A program made the translations under genes and the position numbers. The notes under the pieces are model-generated. The model made no database searches and was not told the origin of the DNA. It saw only the letters and a list, made by a program, of their open reading frames with translations. A stretch of DNA of 64,000 nt, taken from positions 115,328 through 179,327 of the forward strand of contig MFOC01000004.1 in the NCBI GenBank assembly GCA_001782235.1. The letters are read 5' to 3'. Below, one piece after another: positions 28,094-40,142 of the stretch (positions are counted from its first letter, which is position 1; each line of letters begins with the position of its first letter). Source of the DNA: Candidatus Levybacteria bacterium RIFCSPHIGHO2_02_FULL_40_18. Lineage in GTDB: Bacteria; Patescibacteriota; Microgenomatia; Levybacterales; GWA1-39-11.

Positions 28094-28123
28094 ATTATAC
28101 AAATTTATATACAAATTTGTCAA
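28094..28123 (-). promoter_or_regulatory. TA operon promoter with a likely operator
   Basis: TTGACA-18-TATAAT on the - strand; spacer holds repeated/palindromic ACAAATTT units. Confidence 0.8.
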
Positions 28124-28145
28124 CTACTAATTTCCACCTCGGAGG

Positions 28146-28201
28146 GGCGGACTGTAGCGCTAGCGAAGGAGCCCGCCTGCAAAGCGATAAGCTTTGACAG
28201 G
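28146..28201. repeat. GC-rich dispersed repeat, inverted relative to the copy at 41367-41418
   Basis: AGCGAAGGAGCCCGCCTGCAAAGCGA versus the reverse complement of TCGCTTGCAGGCGAGCTCCTTCGCT. Confidence 0.7.
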
Positions 28202-28223
28202 GATGGAGGATTCGTAGCTGCAC

Positions 28224-28769
28224 TTAGGGGGCGATGAGTTTGTAGTCGGCGGAGATGAAGATTTTGTCGATTTTGTTTTCGCTGTTTAAATTGAAGGACA
28301 CGGCCATGCCGTTTGAAGCTATACCGATTATCTTATTTGCAAAGTTGGCAGGGTCGGCATTTATTAATTTCTGTGCGATTTGGCTGTTCAAAGAAAAATC
28401 CCAAGGAGGCGTTCCGCCATTAAGATATGACATTTGCTCGGTTGCTTTTTGCGCTGTTACCAGACCGCAGCATTCTGTTGCGTAAAGTATAACCGAAACC
28501 TGACTTGCCATGTAGCCTTCAAGAGCCGCATAGTTTTTAGAAGTAACCGAAGCAATAATATTTTCTGTCACCTGAGATTTACTCATAGTTGGTTGAGGGG
28601 TGGTTGTTGGTGCGCCGGTTGGCGAAGACGATACAAAGATAGCGGTCGGAGTCGGCGCGGAAGTAGTAACAGGCTCTTTTTCACTTTGGGCAATGCCGAG
28701 CGTGTATGCTACAACACCAACTGCAATAATAATCGCAATAAGAGCCGCCGGGACAGCGAATTTACTCAT
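28224..28769 (-). CDS. membrane-anchored hypothetical protein with a P/T-rich linker
   Basis: N-terminal TM segment, PTPT linker, small domain with a CC motif. Confidence 0.75.
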   Translation of the reverse strand: MSKFAVPAALIAIIIAVGVVAYTLGIAQSEKEPVTTSAPTPTAIFVSSSPTGAPTTTPQPTMSKSQVTENIIASVTSKNYAALEGYMASQVSVILYATECCGLVTAQKATEQMSYLNGGTPPWDFSLNSQIAQKLINADPANFANKIIGIASNGMAVSFNLNSENKIDKIFISADYKLIAP

Positions 28770-28799
28770 ATAGTCGCGTTATATCACAAAAGTCGTAGT

Positions 28800-28828
28800 T
28801 TGACAAGCAGGATCTTACGTCGCATAAT
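28800..28828 (+). promoter_or_regulatory. promoter of the xer gene
   Basis: TTGACA(28800-28805)-17-CATAAT(28823-28828). Confidence 0.65.
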
Positions 28829-28922
28829 ATTAAGGTGGTGCTGTTCCTGTCACGTCCGTTTTACAACATAAATCAAGGATAGTTATCTATGTCGCAAAAC
28901 GGACTTGGCTGTACTTGTTTGT

Positions 28923-29876
28923 ATGGAAGAAAAACAAGAACCTAAAACTCATCCTCTGATTCAGCAATTCCTTGAGTATCTTGAGATTGAAAGGAATGCT
29001 TCGAAATTAACTATTCGAAATTATAGATTTCACCTTGGGAGATTTTATGAATGGTTTTCAAAAAACTATCCCGGGCGCGACATAAAAGATCTAAATTTAG
29101 ATATAACCCGAAAGTACCGTCTATACTTGTCTAATTATGAATATGATAAAGGAATGACTTTGAAACGAATAACCCAGTCCTACTATATTATTGCTCTCCG
29201 CTCTTTTCTTAAATATCTAATCCGGCACGATTATGATACTCTTGCTCCCGATAAAATTGATCTTCCAAAGGTTGAAAGTAAATCACTGAAATTTCTTGAA
29301 AAGAATCATCTCGAGGATCTTTTCAATGCGGTTGATGTCTCAAAGAATGATGAAAAATCCCTCCGGGATCGTGCGATTCTTGAGATGCTCTTCTCAACCG
29401 GACTTAGAGTTTCGGAACTTGCAAAGCTAAATCGAGATAATATAAATTTCGACACCCGCGAGTTCGGCATAATCGGGAAAGGGGGACGAGCGCGGGTAGT
29501 TTTCTTGTCAGATTCTGCGGCGCACTGGCTCGGACAATATTTTGAGAAGCGCGAAGATCCGTGGAAGCCGGCATTTATAAGGTACTCGAAAGAAAAGGTG
29601 TTCGAAGATGACGGCGAGGAAATGAGACTCACTACCCGCTCAATAGAAAGAATTGTAGACAAATATGTTCGCGCCGCGCGAATTCCAATTAAAGCAACGC
29701 CGCATACTCTTCGTCATTCTTTTGCGACCGATTTACTCTCAAACGGAGCCGACATCCGATCAGTACAAGAGATGCTGGGGCACAAAAATATATCGACAAC
29801 TCAAATCTACACGCACGTCACAAATCCCCAACTTCGCGAAGTCCACAAAAAATTCCACCAGGGAAACCGCCGCTAA
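28923..29876 (+). CDS. XerC/XerD-family tyrosine recombinase
   Basis: N-terminal SAM-like domain; RDRAILE..STGLRVSEL, GKG, HTLRHSFAT, LGH, TTQIYTH. Confidence 0.95.
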   Translation: MEEKQEPKTHPLIQQFLEYLEIERNASKLTIRNYRFHLGRFYEWFSKNYPGRDIKDLNLDITRKYRLYLSNYEYDKGMTLKRITQSYYIIALRSFLKYLIRHDYDTLAPDKIDLPKVESKSLKFLEKNHLEDLFNAVDVSKNDEKSLRDRAILEMLFSTGLRVSELAKLNRDNINFDTREFGIIGKGGRARVVFLSDSAAHWLGQYFEKREDPWKPAFIRYSKEKVFEDDGEEMRLTTRSIERIVDKYVRAARIPIKATPHTLRHSFATDLLSNGADIRSVQEMLGHKNISTTQIYTHVTNPQLREVHKKFHQGNRR

Positions 29877-29975
29877 TAGTTAAGTTTGTAAGTTTTAAGT
29901 TGTAAGGTGTAAGAAATTACTTACATCATAAATCTCACATCTTAGATACTTAATGATTTCTGATACAATATCTGG

Positions 29976-30956
29976 GTGGATTCGATTGAGGTAAAGGGTC
30001 TTAAAAAATATTACAAAGTTCAAAAAAAAGAGGCTGGGCTTGCCGCGTCAATCCTTTCTTTTGTGAATAGAAAATATGAGGAAGTAAAGGCGGTTGATGG
30101 CATATCCTTTAAAATTGATGAAGGGGAACTCGTCGGCTTCATTGGCCCTAATGGTGCCGGGAAAACTACAACTTTAAAATGCCTATCAGGGCTTCTTTAC
30201 CCCACCGCAGGGGAAATAAAAGTTTTAGGATACACGCCTTTTTCGCGAAAGACAAACTTTTTAAAACAGATTGCGCTTGTTATGGGGCAAAGGAATCAAC
30301 TCTGGTGGGATTTGCCGCCCATCGAAACGTTTATATTAAATAAAGAAATATACGAGATACCGGATGACAAATTTAAAAAAACGCTTGATGCGTTGGTTTC
30401 ACTTTTGGATGTCACGGATATTCTAAAAACTCCTGTCAAAAAATTGTCTTTGGGACAGCGAATGAAATGCGAGTTTATTGCCTCGGTTCTTCACTCGCCG
30501 CGCGTTTTGTTTTTGGACGAGCCAACTCTTGGACTTGATGTTGTAATGCAAAAAACTCTCCGCGAATTTATAAAAGAATACAACAAACAATATAAAGCAA
30601 CTATACTTTTAACGAGTCACTACATGAGAGATGTTGAGGCGCTATGTAGACGGGTTATTATAATAAATCATGGAAAACTACTTTTTGACGGAAAACTCTC
30701 AGATCTTGTTAAGAGACATGCTCCATATAGGATTGTTAAGCTGACCCTGCAAAAAAATATTGATGAGTCGTTAATGAGGGGACTTGGCGAGATAAAATCC
30801 TTCACCTACCCACAAGTGGTAATCTCGGTTCCTTACAGGCGAATAAGCGACGTTTCAGCCAAGATTCTTAAGGATCTTGCTGTTCAAGATTTAATAATCG
30901 AGGAACCTGAGATTGAAGACATTATACGCGAGATATTTGAGAAGGGAAAATCATGA
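29976..30956 (+). CDS. ABC transporter ATP-binding protein
   Basis: GPNGAGKTT, LSLGQ, FLDEPT, TSH. Confidence 0.95.
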   Translation: MDSIEVKGLKKYYKVQKKEAGLAASILSFVNRKYEEVKAVDGISFKIDEGELVGFIGPNGAGKTTTLKCLSGLLYPTAGEIKVLGYTPFSRKTNFLKQIALVMGQRNQLWWDLPPIETFILNKEIYEIPDDKFKKTLDALVSLLDVTDILKTPVKKLSLGQRMKCEFIASVLHSPRVLFLDEPTLGLDVVMQKTLREFIKEYNKQYKATILLTSHYMRDVEALCRRVIIINHGKLLFDGKLSDLVKRHAPYRIVKLTLQKNIDESLMRGLGEIKSFTYPQVVISVPYRRISDVSAKILKDLAVQDLIIEEPEIEDIIREIFEKGKS

Positions 30957-31753
30957 ATATAAAAAAGTATTATCTCGCCGCAAGAAATACATGGGACGAG
31001 ACTCTTGCCTATAGATTAAATTTTGTAATGTGGAGAGTACGAATGGTACTCACATTATTAACAATGTATTTTTTGTGGTCGGCACTTCTTCTACCGGGGG
31101 GGAATATACTGGGTTATACCCGGGAATTTATGCTTACCTATATCCTGGGAACATCTATCATAAACTCCCTTGTTATTTCGAATCGAAGTTATGAAGTTGG
31201 AGAAGAAATAAATAACGGTAACCTCTCGAATTTTCTATTGCGACCAATAAATTATTTTCTCTATCAGTTCTCACGCGATCTTGGTGACAAAGCAATGAAT
31301 ATAGTTTTCTCGTTTGTCGAGCTTACCATACTATTTATAATTCTTGCGCCTCCTATTTTTATCCAGACAGATTCAAGTTTACTTGCGCTTACATTTTTCT
31401 CCTGTCTTCTTGCACTTACAATGTACTTTTTCTTGAACTTCCTTTTGGGACTTATTGGGTTCTGGAGTCCTGATGTCTGGGCACCTCGATTTGTTTTTAT
31501 AACAGTTTTAACTTTTTTCTCAGGAGGCCTATTTCCGCTTGATATATTACCAAAACCGATATTTTCGATTCTTGAATTTTTCCCTTTTCCATACCTATTG
31601 TTTTTCCCTCTTAAGATTTATCTTGGACAGCTTGTCATGGCCGAAATAATAAAAGGAATAATGATATCTTCTACCTGGATATTCGTGCTTTGGTTTATTG
31701 TTAAATTTGCTTGGGCTCGCGGACTTCGTTTGTATACGGCATACGGACGTTAA
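30953..31753 (+). CDS. ABC-2 type permease (DUF990-like)
   Basis: GNLSNFLLRP, GGLFPLD; coupled to the ATPase. Confidence 0.88.
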   Translation: MNIKKYYLAARNTWDETLAYRLNFVMWRVRMVLTLLTMYFLWSALLLPGGNILGYTREFMLTYILGTSIINSLVISNRSYEVGEEINNGNLSNFLLRPINYFLYQFSRDLGDKAMNIVFSFVELTILFIILAPPIFIQTDSSLLALTFFSCLLALTMYFFLNFLLGLIGFWSPDVWAPRFVFITVLTFFSGGLFPLDILPKPIFSILEFFPFPYLLFFPLKIYLGQLVMAEIIKGIMISSTWIFVLWFIVKFAWARGLRLYTAYGR

Positions 31754-31806
31754 TTTTAGATGTTAGATCATAGGTCTTAGATATTAGAGCATAGATGTAG
31801 ATTGAT

Positions 31807-32598
31807 ATGAAGGAATTTCGAAAATATATAAGAGTTTGGTGGCTTCTTACAATAAAATCTTTTCAGGTGGCTTTTACCTCACGTTTTGGTGTCGCCCTTT
31901 TTGTTTTTGGTAAACTCTTTCGCTTAGGATTTTTTCTTCTTTTTCTGGTAATTATAGAGCAGCGAACAAAAGTAATTGTGGGGTATTCCTTATGGGAAAT
32001 AATTTTATTTTTTGCAACATTTAATCTAATAGATGTATTTTCTCAATTTTTCTTGCGGGAAGTATACAAGTTTAGGTGGTATATAGTAAGCGGCGATTTT
32101 GACTTTTTCTTGACTCGCCCACTCTCACCTCTTTTTCGCTCCCTTTTTGGAGGAGGCGATCCGTTGGATATCCCAATTCTTTGTCTTTCGATTGTTTTGG
32201 TTGCGATTTCGGTTATTAATATTGGGAATGTTTCTTTTGCGAATGCGATTTTATATTTAGTGCTTGTTGCAAATGGACTTCTAATTGCGCTTGCTTTTCA
32301 TATTTTTGTCCTGGCCGTGGGTGTTTTAACCACCGAGGTAGATAATACCATTTGGCTCTATAGAGATCTTACTCAGATGGGGAGGCTCCCTGTTGATATA
32401 TATCAACAGCCGCTTCGGGCACTCATTACCTTCGCAGTACCTGTGGGTATAATGATTACTTATCCTTCAAAAGCAATACTCGGACTACTCTCACCACAAG
32501 CGGTTTTAATATCATTTATTGTTGGTGGAGTTTTTCTTTGGGCCTCTATTCTTTTTTGGCGCTACTCTCTCAAAAACTACTCAAGCGCCAGTTCCTAA
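31807..32598 (+). CDS. ABC-2 type permease (DUF990-like)
   Basis: GDFDFFLTRP, PVDIY, C-terminal YSSASS. Confidence 0.88.
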   Translation: MKEFRKYIRVWWLLTIKSFQVAFTSRFGVALFVFGKLFRLGFFLLFLVIIEQRTKVIVGYSLWEIILFFATFNLIDVFSQFFLREVYKFRWYIVSGDFDFFLTRPLSPLFRSLFGGGDPLDIPILCLSIVLVAISVINIGNVSFANAILYLVLVANGLLIALAFHIFVLAVGVLTTEVDNTIWLYRDLTQMGRLPVDIYQQPLRALITFAVPVGIMITYPSKAILGLLSPQAVLISFIVGGVFLWASILFWRYSLKNYSSASS

Positions 32599-32604
32599 TA
32601 TGAA

Positions 32605-33450
32605 CTACACTTGAACTGCGGCGGCTTCGATGAGATTCGAAAATAAATATGAGAGGTTGATGGGGCCGACGCCGCCGGGAGTTGGGGTATAAGCACCGGC
32701 AATTTTTTCGATATCCTCTATTCTGTAATCTCCTCTCAGTCCTACATCTTCTCCGTGAGTGCCGACACCGATCAATATCGCGCCTTTTTTAATTTGATCG
32801 GCGGTAACGGTATTTGGTTTGCCTACGCAAGAAATAATAACATCTGCCTCTTTTAGAATTTCGTCAGGATTTTTTGTTCTACTGTCTATAATTTGAGGCT
32901 CGATCCCCATTTTTTTTAGGCCGCGAATTATGGGGCCGCCGGCGGTCTCGCCTTTTCCCAATACAACAAACTTTCGTTTGTTGAAATTTCCAATTTCCAA
33001 AACTTCCTCAAGTAATCTTTTGACTGCGAGCCAGACAGGGACTTCAAATTTTGAGTCAGATCGAAATCCGTCTATGTCCTTTTCGGGAGAAATTGATTTG
33101 ACAACTCTTTCCCGATTGAAACTCGAAGGAATTGGTCTTTGGATTATGATGCCGTTATATTTTGGATCCCTATCTATTTCGTGAACTGTTCGAATAAGCT
33201 TTTCTTCATCCGATTCTTCCCCGCCCTTAGGCGAGGTCCAGCCTTCGGCGGAGAGATTTATTAAAACTGCTTTTATTCCAAGCTCCCCTGCAGCTTTTAT
33301 TTTTTGACGAACATAAGTTTCCCAAGAGACTTCAGGCCCAAGAGTAATTATGGCAATCTTTGGAGTTATGTTTTTAGATTTTAGGTCTTGGATCTTGGAT
33401 CTTAGATTATTTCGAATTTCTTGCGCAATCTTTTTCCCATCAATCTTCAT
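32605..33450 (-). CDS. folD: bifunctional methylenetetrahydrofolate dehydrogenase/cyclohydrolase
   Basis: IDGKKIA, YVRQK, KDIDG, TPTPGGVGP; contains an 11-aa palindrome-encoded insert. Confidence 0.92.
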   Translation of the reverse strand: MKIDGKKIAQEIRNNLRSKIQDLKSKNITPKIAIITLGPEVSWETYVRQKIKAAGELGIKAVLINLSAEGWTSPKGGEESDEEKLIRTVHEIDRDPKYNGIIIQRPIPSSFNRERVVKSISPEKDIDGFRSDSKFEVPVWLAVKRLLEEVLEIGNFNKRKFVVLGKGETAGGPIIRGLKKMGIEPQIIDSRTKNPDEILKEADVIISCVGKPNTVTADQIKKGAILIGVGTHGEDVGLRGDYRIEDIEKIAGAYTPTPGGVGPINLSYLFSNLIEAAAVQV

Positions 33451-33498
33451 AGACTTCATTATAACCTAGTAGCTGATATCTAGTCACTAGTTGCTAAC

Positions 33499-36042
33499 CT
33501 ATGGGGAGACTGTTGTGGCGGCGGCGACTTTATCGGCTTTATTCGAAAATCTCATTAATATTACGCCCTGCGCATTCCGGGATAAAAGAGGCGTTGAGCC
33601 AAGCGGAATTTTTACCACTTGGCCTTTTTCTGAGGTTATAATTACTTCTGTTGCGTTAGATTCTAACACTTGCGCGAGAACCAGCTTTCCGGTTTTCGCA
33701 TTTATATTTGCAATGCGGACTCCCTGTCCTCCTCTTCTTTGATTTCTTACTTCAGAAACCCGAGTTCTCTTCCCAAGACCATTCTCAGCAATAATTAAGA
33801 GCTTGGCTTCTTTATTGTTTTTTGAAACTACATCCATACCGACAACTCGATCATCCTTGACAAGTCTTATTCCGCGAACACCCTGACTTGACCTTCCGGT
33901 TGCTCTAACATGGCTCTCTGGAAAATTAATGATTTTTCCGCTTTGCGTGATCATGACTATATCGTCATCTCCGCTTGAGGAGTTTACCCACTGGAGAGAA
34001 TCGCCGCTTTCAAGTTTTATGGCAATTATCCCTCCTCGGCGAATGTTTGCAAACTCGTCAACGCGCGTTTTCTTGATTACGCCTTTTGCTGTTGCCATGA
34101 CAATATTTTTGAGCTTATCCTTTTCTTTCGGATTGTAAGTTAAGATTGACTGGATTGTTTCTCCTTGTGTAATATCAATTAAATTGACAATTGCGGTTCC
34201 CTTTGAAATGCGGCTTACCTCCTCCATTTCAAATACTCTTGTCTGATATACTTTTCCAAGATTTGTGAAGAATAAGATATAGTCATGAGTCTGGGCATAT
34301 AGAATTTTATCTATCACATCCTCTTCTTTTGTAGTCATTCCCCGTACGCCCTTGCCTCCTCGTGCTTGAGTCCTAAAAGAGGTCATGCTTTGCCGTTTTA
34401 TATATCCTGTTTGAGTGAGCGTGATTACTGTTGGTTCATTCTGAATTAAGTCCTCCTCTGAAAACTCGTCTACTCGTGATTTATAAACCTTGGTTCTTCT
34501 TGGGTCCTCATATTTGTTTTTAATTTTGGTTAGCTCGTCGCCTACTACGGCAAGCATTTTCTTGGGATCGGCTAACAATGCTACAAGATAATCAAGGGTT
34601 TCTTTTACTAAGGCGTGCTCGTCCTGAAGTTTCTCGCGTTCTAAAGCCGCAAGGCGGCGTAGCTGCATGTCGAGGATTGCAACGGATTGGATTTCTGTCA
34701 GTTTAAATCTTTTCATTAAATTCTGTTTTGCATCTTCGACATCCTTCGATTTTTTAATAGTGCTAATTACTTCATCAATGTTTTTAACGGCAATTAACAA
34801 CCCGTCTAAAATATGAAGCCTCGCGCGCGATTGTTTTGCCTCAAATTCGGACCTTCGCGTTATAACAGTGAACCTATGGTAAACGTATTCGTCAATTAGT
34901 ACCTTAAGATTTAAGGTTCTCGGTATTCCGCCAACAAGAGCAACCATATTAGCAGGGAATGTGGTTTGAAGAGCCGTCAATTTAAACAAATTATTTAAAA
35001 CCTTCCTTGGTGCAGCGTCGCGTTTTAATTCCACAACAATTCTAATGCCGTGCCGGTCCGATTCGTCGCGAAGATCGGTTATGCCCTCAAGTTTCTTGTC
35101 TTTCGCAAGTTCTGCGATTTTTGCAACTAACCCTGATTTATTTACTTGATAGGGAATTTCTCGAATGATAATCGCGGACTTACCCTGCCCTACGTCTTCA
35201 ATCTCGGCAATTCCGCGAATTAAAATTCGGCCGCGGCCTGTCCTATAAACGTTCTTAATTTCATTTATGTCATAGATTGCGCCTCCTGTTGGAAAGTCAG
35301 GACCCTTTATGAATTCAAGCAGCTCATCTACCGTAATTCCTGATGAGAGACTAAACGCAGGTTTCAAAGAATTTATCTCTTCATCTGTCAATTCTTGACT
35401 GTCTTTTTGCGGAATATAATCCTCCCTTTTTGCGAAGGTTATCTTTTTGATTGTATGACTTATGGCATCAATTACTTCCCCTAAATTATGAGGAGGGATC
35501 TTAGTTGCCATTCCAACTGCTATTCCTTCGGACCCCATAAGAAGTAGGTTTGGAAGCTTCGCAGGTAAATATTGGGGTTCGTTGAGTGTGCCGTCAAAAT
35601 TTGGCAGAAGCTCAACTGTTTGCTTATCGATATCAAAGAGCATCTCCATCGCAATTTGAGTGAGTTTTGCCTCCGTGTACCTCATTGCGGCCGGTGAGTC
35701 GCCGTCCATTGAACCAAAGTTTCCCTGTCCGTCAATTAATGGATAGCGCATCGAAAAATCTTGAGCAAGACGGACAAGGGTATCGTAGATTGCCATGTCT
35801 CCGTGCGGATGGTATTTTCCCATGGTCTCCCCTACTATTTTTGCCGATTTTGCGTATTTTGCGGTTGGGTAAAGCCCCATTTCATACATCGCGTAGAGAA
35901 TCCGGCGATGTACAGGTTTTAGCCCATCGCGGACATCGGGAAGGGCCCGCGCGACAATAACAGACATTGCGTAATCAAGATACGCCTTCTTTGCTTCTTC
36001 CGAAATGTCAACATATTCAAGTCTGCCGATTTGGTTATCCAT
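33499..36042 (-). CDS. gyrA: DNA gyrase subunit A
   Basis: [23 protein letters not shown], GyrA-box QARGGKG. Confidence 0.98.
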   Translation of the reverse strand: MDNQIGRLEYVDISEEAKKAYLDYAMSVIVARALPDVRDGLKPVHRRILYAMYEMGLYPTAKYAKSAKIVGETMGKYHPHGDMAIYDTLVRLAQDFSMRYPLIDGQGNFGSMDGDSPAAMRYTEAKLTQIAMEMLFDIDKQTVELLPNFDGTLNEPQYLPAKLPNLLLMGSEGIAVGMATKIPPHNLGEVIDAISHTIKKITFAKREDYIPQKDSQELTDEEINSLKPAFSLSSGITVDELLEFIKGPDFPTGGAIYDINEIKNVYRTGRGRILIRGIAEIEDVGQGKSAIIIREIPYQVNKSGLVAKIAELAKDKKLEGITDLRDESDRHGIRIVVELKRDAAPRKVLNNLFKLTALQTTFPANMVALVGGIPRTLNLKVLIDEYVYHRFTVITRRSEFEAKQSRARLHILDGLLIAVKNIDEVISTIKKSKDVEDAKQNLMKRFKLTEIQSVAILDMQLRRLAALEREKLQDEHALVKETLDYLVALLADPKKMLAVVGDELTKIKNKYEDPRRTKVYKSRVDEFSEEDLIQNEPTVITLTQTGYIKRQSMTSFRTQARGGKGVRGMTTKEEDVIDKILYAQTHDYILFFTNLGKVYQTRVFEMEEVSRISKGTAIVNLIDITQGETIQSILTYNPKEKDKLKNIVMATAKGVIKKTRVDEFANIRRGGIIAIKLESGDSLQWVNSSSGDDDIVMITQSGKIINFPESHVRATGRSSQGVRGIRLVKDDRVVGMDVVSKNNKEAKLLIIAENGLGKRTRVSEVRNQRRGGQGVRIANINAKTGKLVLAQVLESNATEVIITSEKGQVVKIPLGSTPLLSRNAQGVILMRFSNKADKVAAATTVSP

Positions 36043-36046
36043 GAAG

Positions 36047-38086
36047 TTAGATTAAAAATGGTGCAATCAAAAGAGCTACTATATTAATTACCTTGATCAT
36101 TGGATTAATTGCAGGTCCTGCAGTATCCTTATAGGGATCACCAACAGTATCTCCCGTCACCGCAGCTTGATGGGCGAAACTGCCCTTTCCTCCCAAATTG
36201 CCTTCCTCTATATATTTTTTGGCATTGTCAAATGCAGCTCCTCCGGTTGTCATTGATATTGCCACGAAAAGGCCTGTAACAATACTTCCCACAAGAAGTC
36301 CTCCAAGAGCCTCAGGGCCTAATAAGAAGCCCACTAATATCGGAGCCGCAACAGGAATAAGCGCTGGCAAAATCATCTGACGAATTGCTGCAACCGTTAC
36401 AATATCAACCGCCTTCCCATAATCAGGTTTTGCCCGGCCCTCCATAATTCCTTCTATTTCCTTGAATTGGCGCCTTACCTCATTTACAACCGATACCGCG
36501 GCTTTCCCCACCGCCTCCATTGCAAGCGCACTAAAAAGATAAGACATACTTCCGCCGATAAATAACCCAATCAAGACTTTTGGGTTTGAGAGTGAGAATA
36601 TCAATTCGCTAGCTTCAGGACCAGAGAGCTCCTGTGTGTAGCTTGCAAATAATACAAGCGCTGCAAGACCTGCAGAGCCGATTGCATAGCCTTTTGTCAC
36701 CGCTTTTGTTGTATTTCCTACAGCATCAAGCGGGTCCGTTACATTTCTGACTTTGGCCGGCAAATTTGTCATCTCAACAATGCCACCGGCGTTATCGGTT
36801 ATCGGACCGAAGGCATCAATCGCAACGATTATTCCGGTTAACGAGAGCATCGCCATTGCGGCAATTGCCACTCCATAAAGCCCGGCAAGATTAAAACTTG
36901 CAAAAATTGCTGCCGAAATTAAAAGTATCGGTGCAAAAGTCGATTTCATTGAAACAGCGAGCCCTGCGATTACATTTGTACCATGTCCGGTTGTTGAGGC
37001 CTCGGCAATTGTTTTCACCGGACCGTAATTTTTGGATGTAAAATATTCTGTTATAACAACCATTCCGATAGTCACTATTATCCCGATTATCGAAGAGTAA
37101 AAAATACTAAGCTCCGAAATATCCGCAAGTCCTACCGGGAACAAGCTTTTGGTAACAAAATAGAATCCCGCAATAGCAATGACCGCTGTAGCCCCTAATC
37201 CCGTATAAAGCGCGGACATAATTTTTTTGCCCGAGACTCGTACGGTCCACGAGCCTATTATACTTGCAACAACAGATACTGCTCCCAACAATAATGGGTA
37301 ATAAAGAACCGAAGACGAATTAGGAAATGCCAAGTTTCCTAAAATCATTGAGGCGACTGCCGTTATAACATAAGTTTCAAAAAGATCTGCTGCCATTCCG
37401 GCGTCATCTCCTACATTGTCACCTACCAAATCCGCAATTACGCCCGGATTTCTGGGATCATCTTCAGGTATCCCCTTCTCTATTTTTCCAACCATGTCGG
37501 TTCCGACATCTGCACCTTTTGTATAAATTCCTCCGCCGAGCCTTGCAAAAACGGATATTAAAGATCCACCAAAACCAAGCGCCACCAGTGCGCGGAGCGC
37601 TTGCTCAATTGGTAAGTTTTGTGATTGCAGCATATAAAAGGAGCCGGAGATGGCAAGTAACGCAAGGCCGGCAACCATTAGACCCGTAACCGCTCCGCCA
37701 GAAAATGCAATTCCAAAAGCTTGTGCAAGTCCGCTTTTTGCAGCTTGCGCTGTTCGGATGTTACTTCTAACGGCAACGTTCATTCCAATAACTCCGGCAA
37801 GAGCAGAAAAGACCGCGCCAACTGCAAAACCTGCCGCAGTGTATATATCGAAGACATAATAAAGAATAGCCAAAATAATAACACCAATTATTGAAACAAC
37901 AAGGTATTGTCGTTTGAGATACGCTGCTGCTCCTTCTGCAATTGCATCAGCTATCGCATTCATTTTTTCATCTCCCCGAGGTTTTTGGAGTACTCTTGCA
38001 GTTAGAAAAAGTCCATATAAAATCGAAAGAAATCCTGCACTTATTGCTACCAAAACCGGATTAGAAAGGAGAAAAGATAAATTCAT
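36047..38086 (-). CDS. hppA: membrane-bound ion-translocating pyrophosphatase, K+-independent type
   Basis: [41 protein letters not shown]. Confidence 0.95.
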   Translation of the reverse strand: MNLSFLLSNPVLVAISAGFLSILYGLFLTARVLQKPRGDEKMNAIADAIAEGAAAYLKRQYLVVSIIGVIILAILYYVFDIYTAAGFAVGAVFSALAGVIGMNVAVRSNIRTAQAAKSGLAQAFGIAFSGGAVTGLMVAGLALLAISGSFYMLQSQNLPIEQALRALVALGFGGSLISVFARLGGGIYTKGADVGTDMVGKIEKGIPEDDPRNPGVIADLVGDNVGDDAGMAADLFETYVITAVASMILGNLAFPNSSSVLYYPLLLGAVSVVASIIGSWTVRVSGKKIMSALYTGLGATAVIAIAGFYFVTKSLFPVGLADISELSIFYSSIIGIIVTIGMVVITEYFTSKNYGPVKTIAEASTTGHGTNVIAGLAVSMKSTFAPILLISAAIFASFNLAGLYGVAIAAMAMLSLTGIIVAIDAFGPITDNAGGIVEMTNLPAKVRNVTDPLDAVGNTTKAVTKGYAIGSAGLAALVLFASYTQELSGPEASELIFSLSNPKVLIGLFIGGSMSYLFSALAMEAVGKAAVSVVNEVRRQFKEIEGIMEGRAKPDYGKAVDIVTVAAIRQMILPALIPVAAPILVGFLLGPEALGGLLVGSIVTGLFVAISMTTGGAAFDNAKKYIEEGNLGGKGSFAHQAAVTGDTVGDPYKDTAGPAINPMIKVINIVALLIAPFLI

Positions 38087-38137
38087 TTAATAGTTAATTA
38101 TAAGGGAAAATATGAGGTTTTTCAAGGCAAAATGTTC

Positions 38138-40102
<1,965 letters not shown>

Positions 40103-40142
40103 TTATTGATATATTTTAACAGAAAACGAAGCAGAAATCCAG

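Noticed and set aside
28818-28845. CGCATAA as a canonical XerC arm of dif
   Set aside because: No TTATGTTAAAT-like partner at 6 bp; better explained as the -10 box of the xer promoter.
28923-29876. Prophage or integron integrase
   Set aside because: The motifs are those of a chromosomal Xer, and there are no phage genes, IntI insertion or attC array.
35341-35450. Insertion of about 30 aa in GyrA as an intein or repeat element
   Set aside because: No intein termini and no palindromic DNA; most likely a lineage-specific loop.
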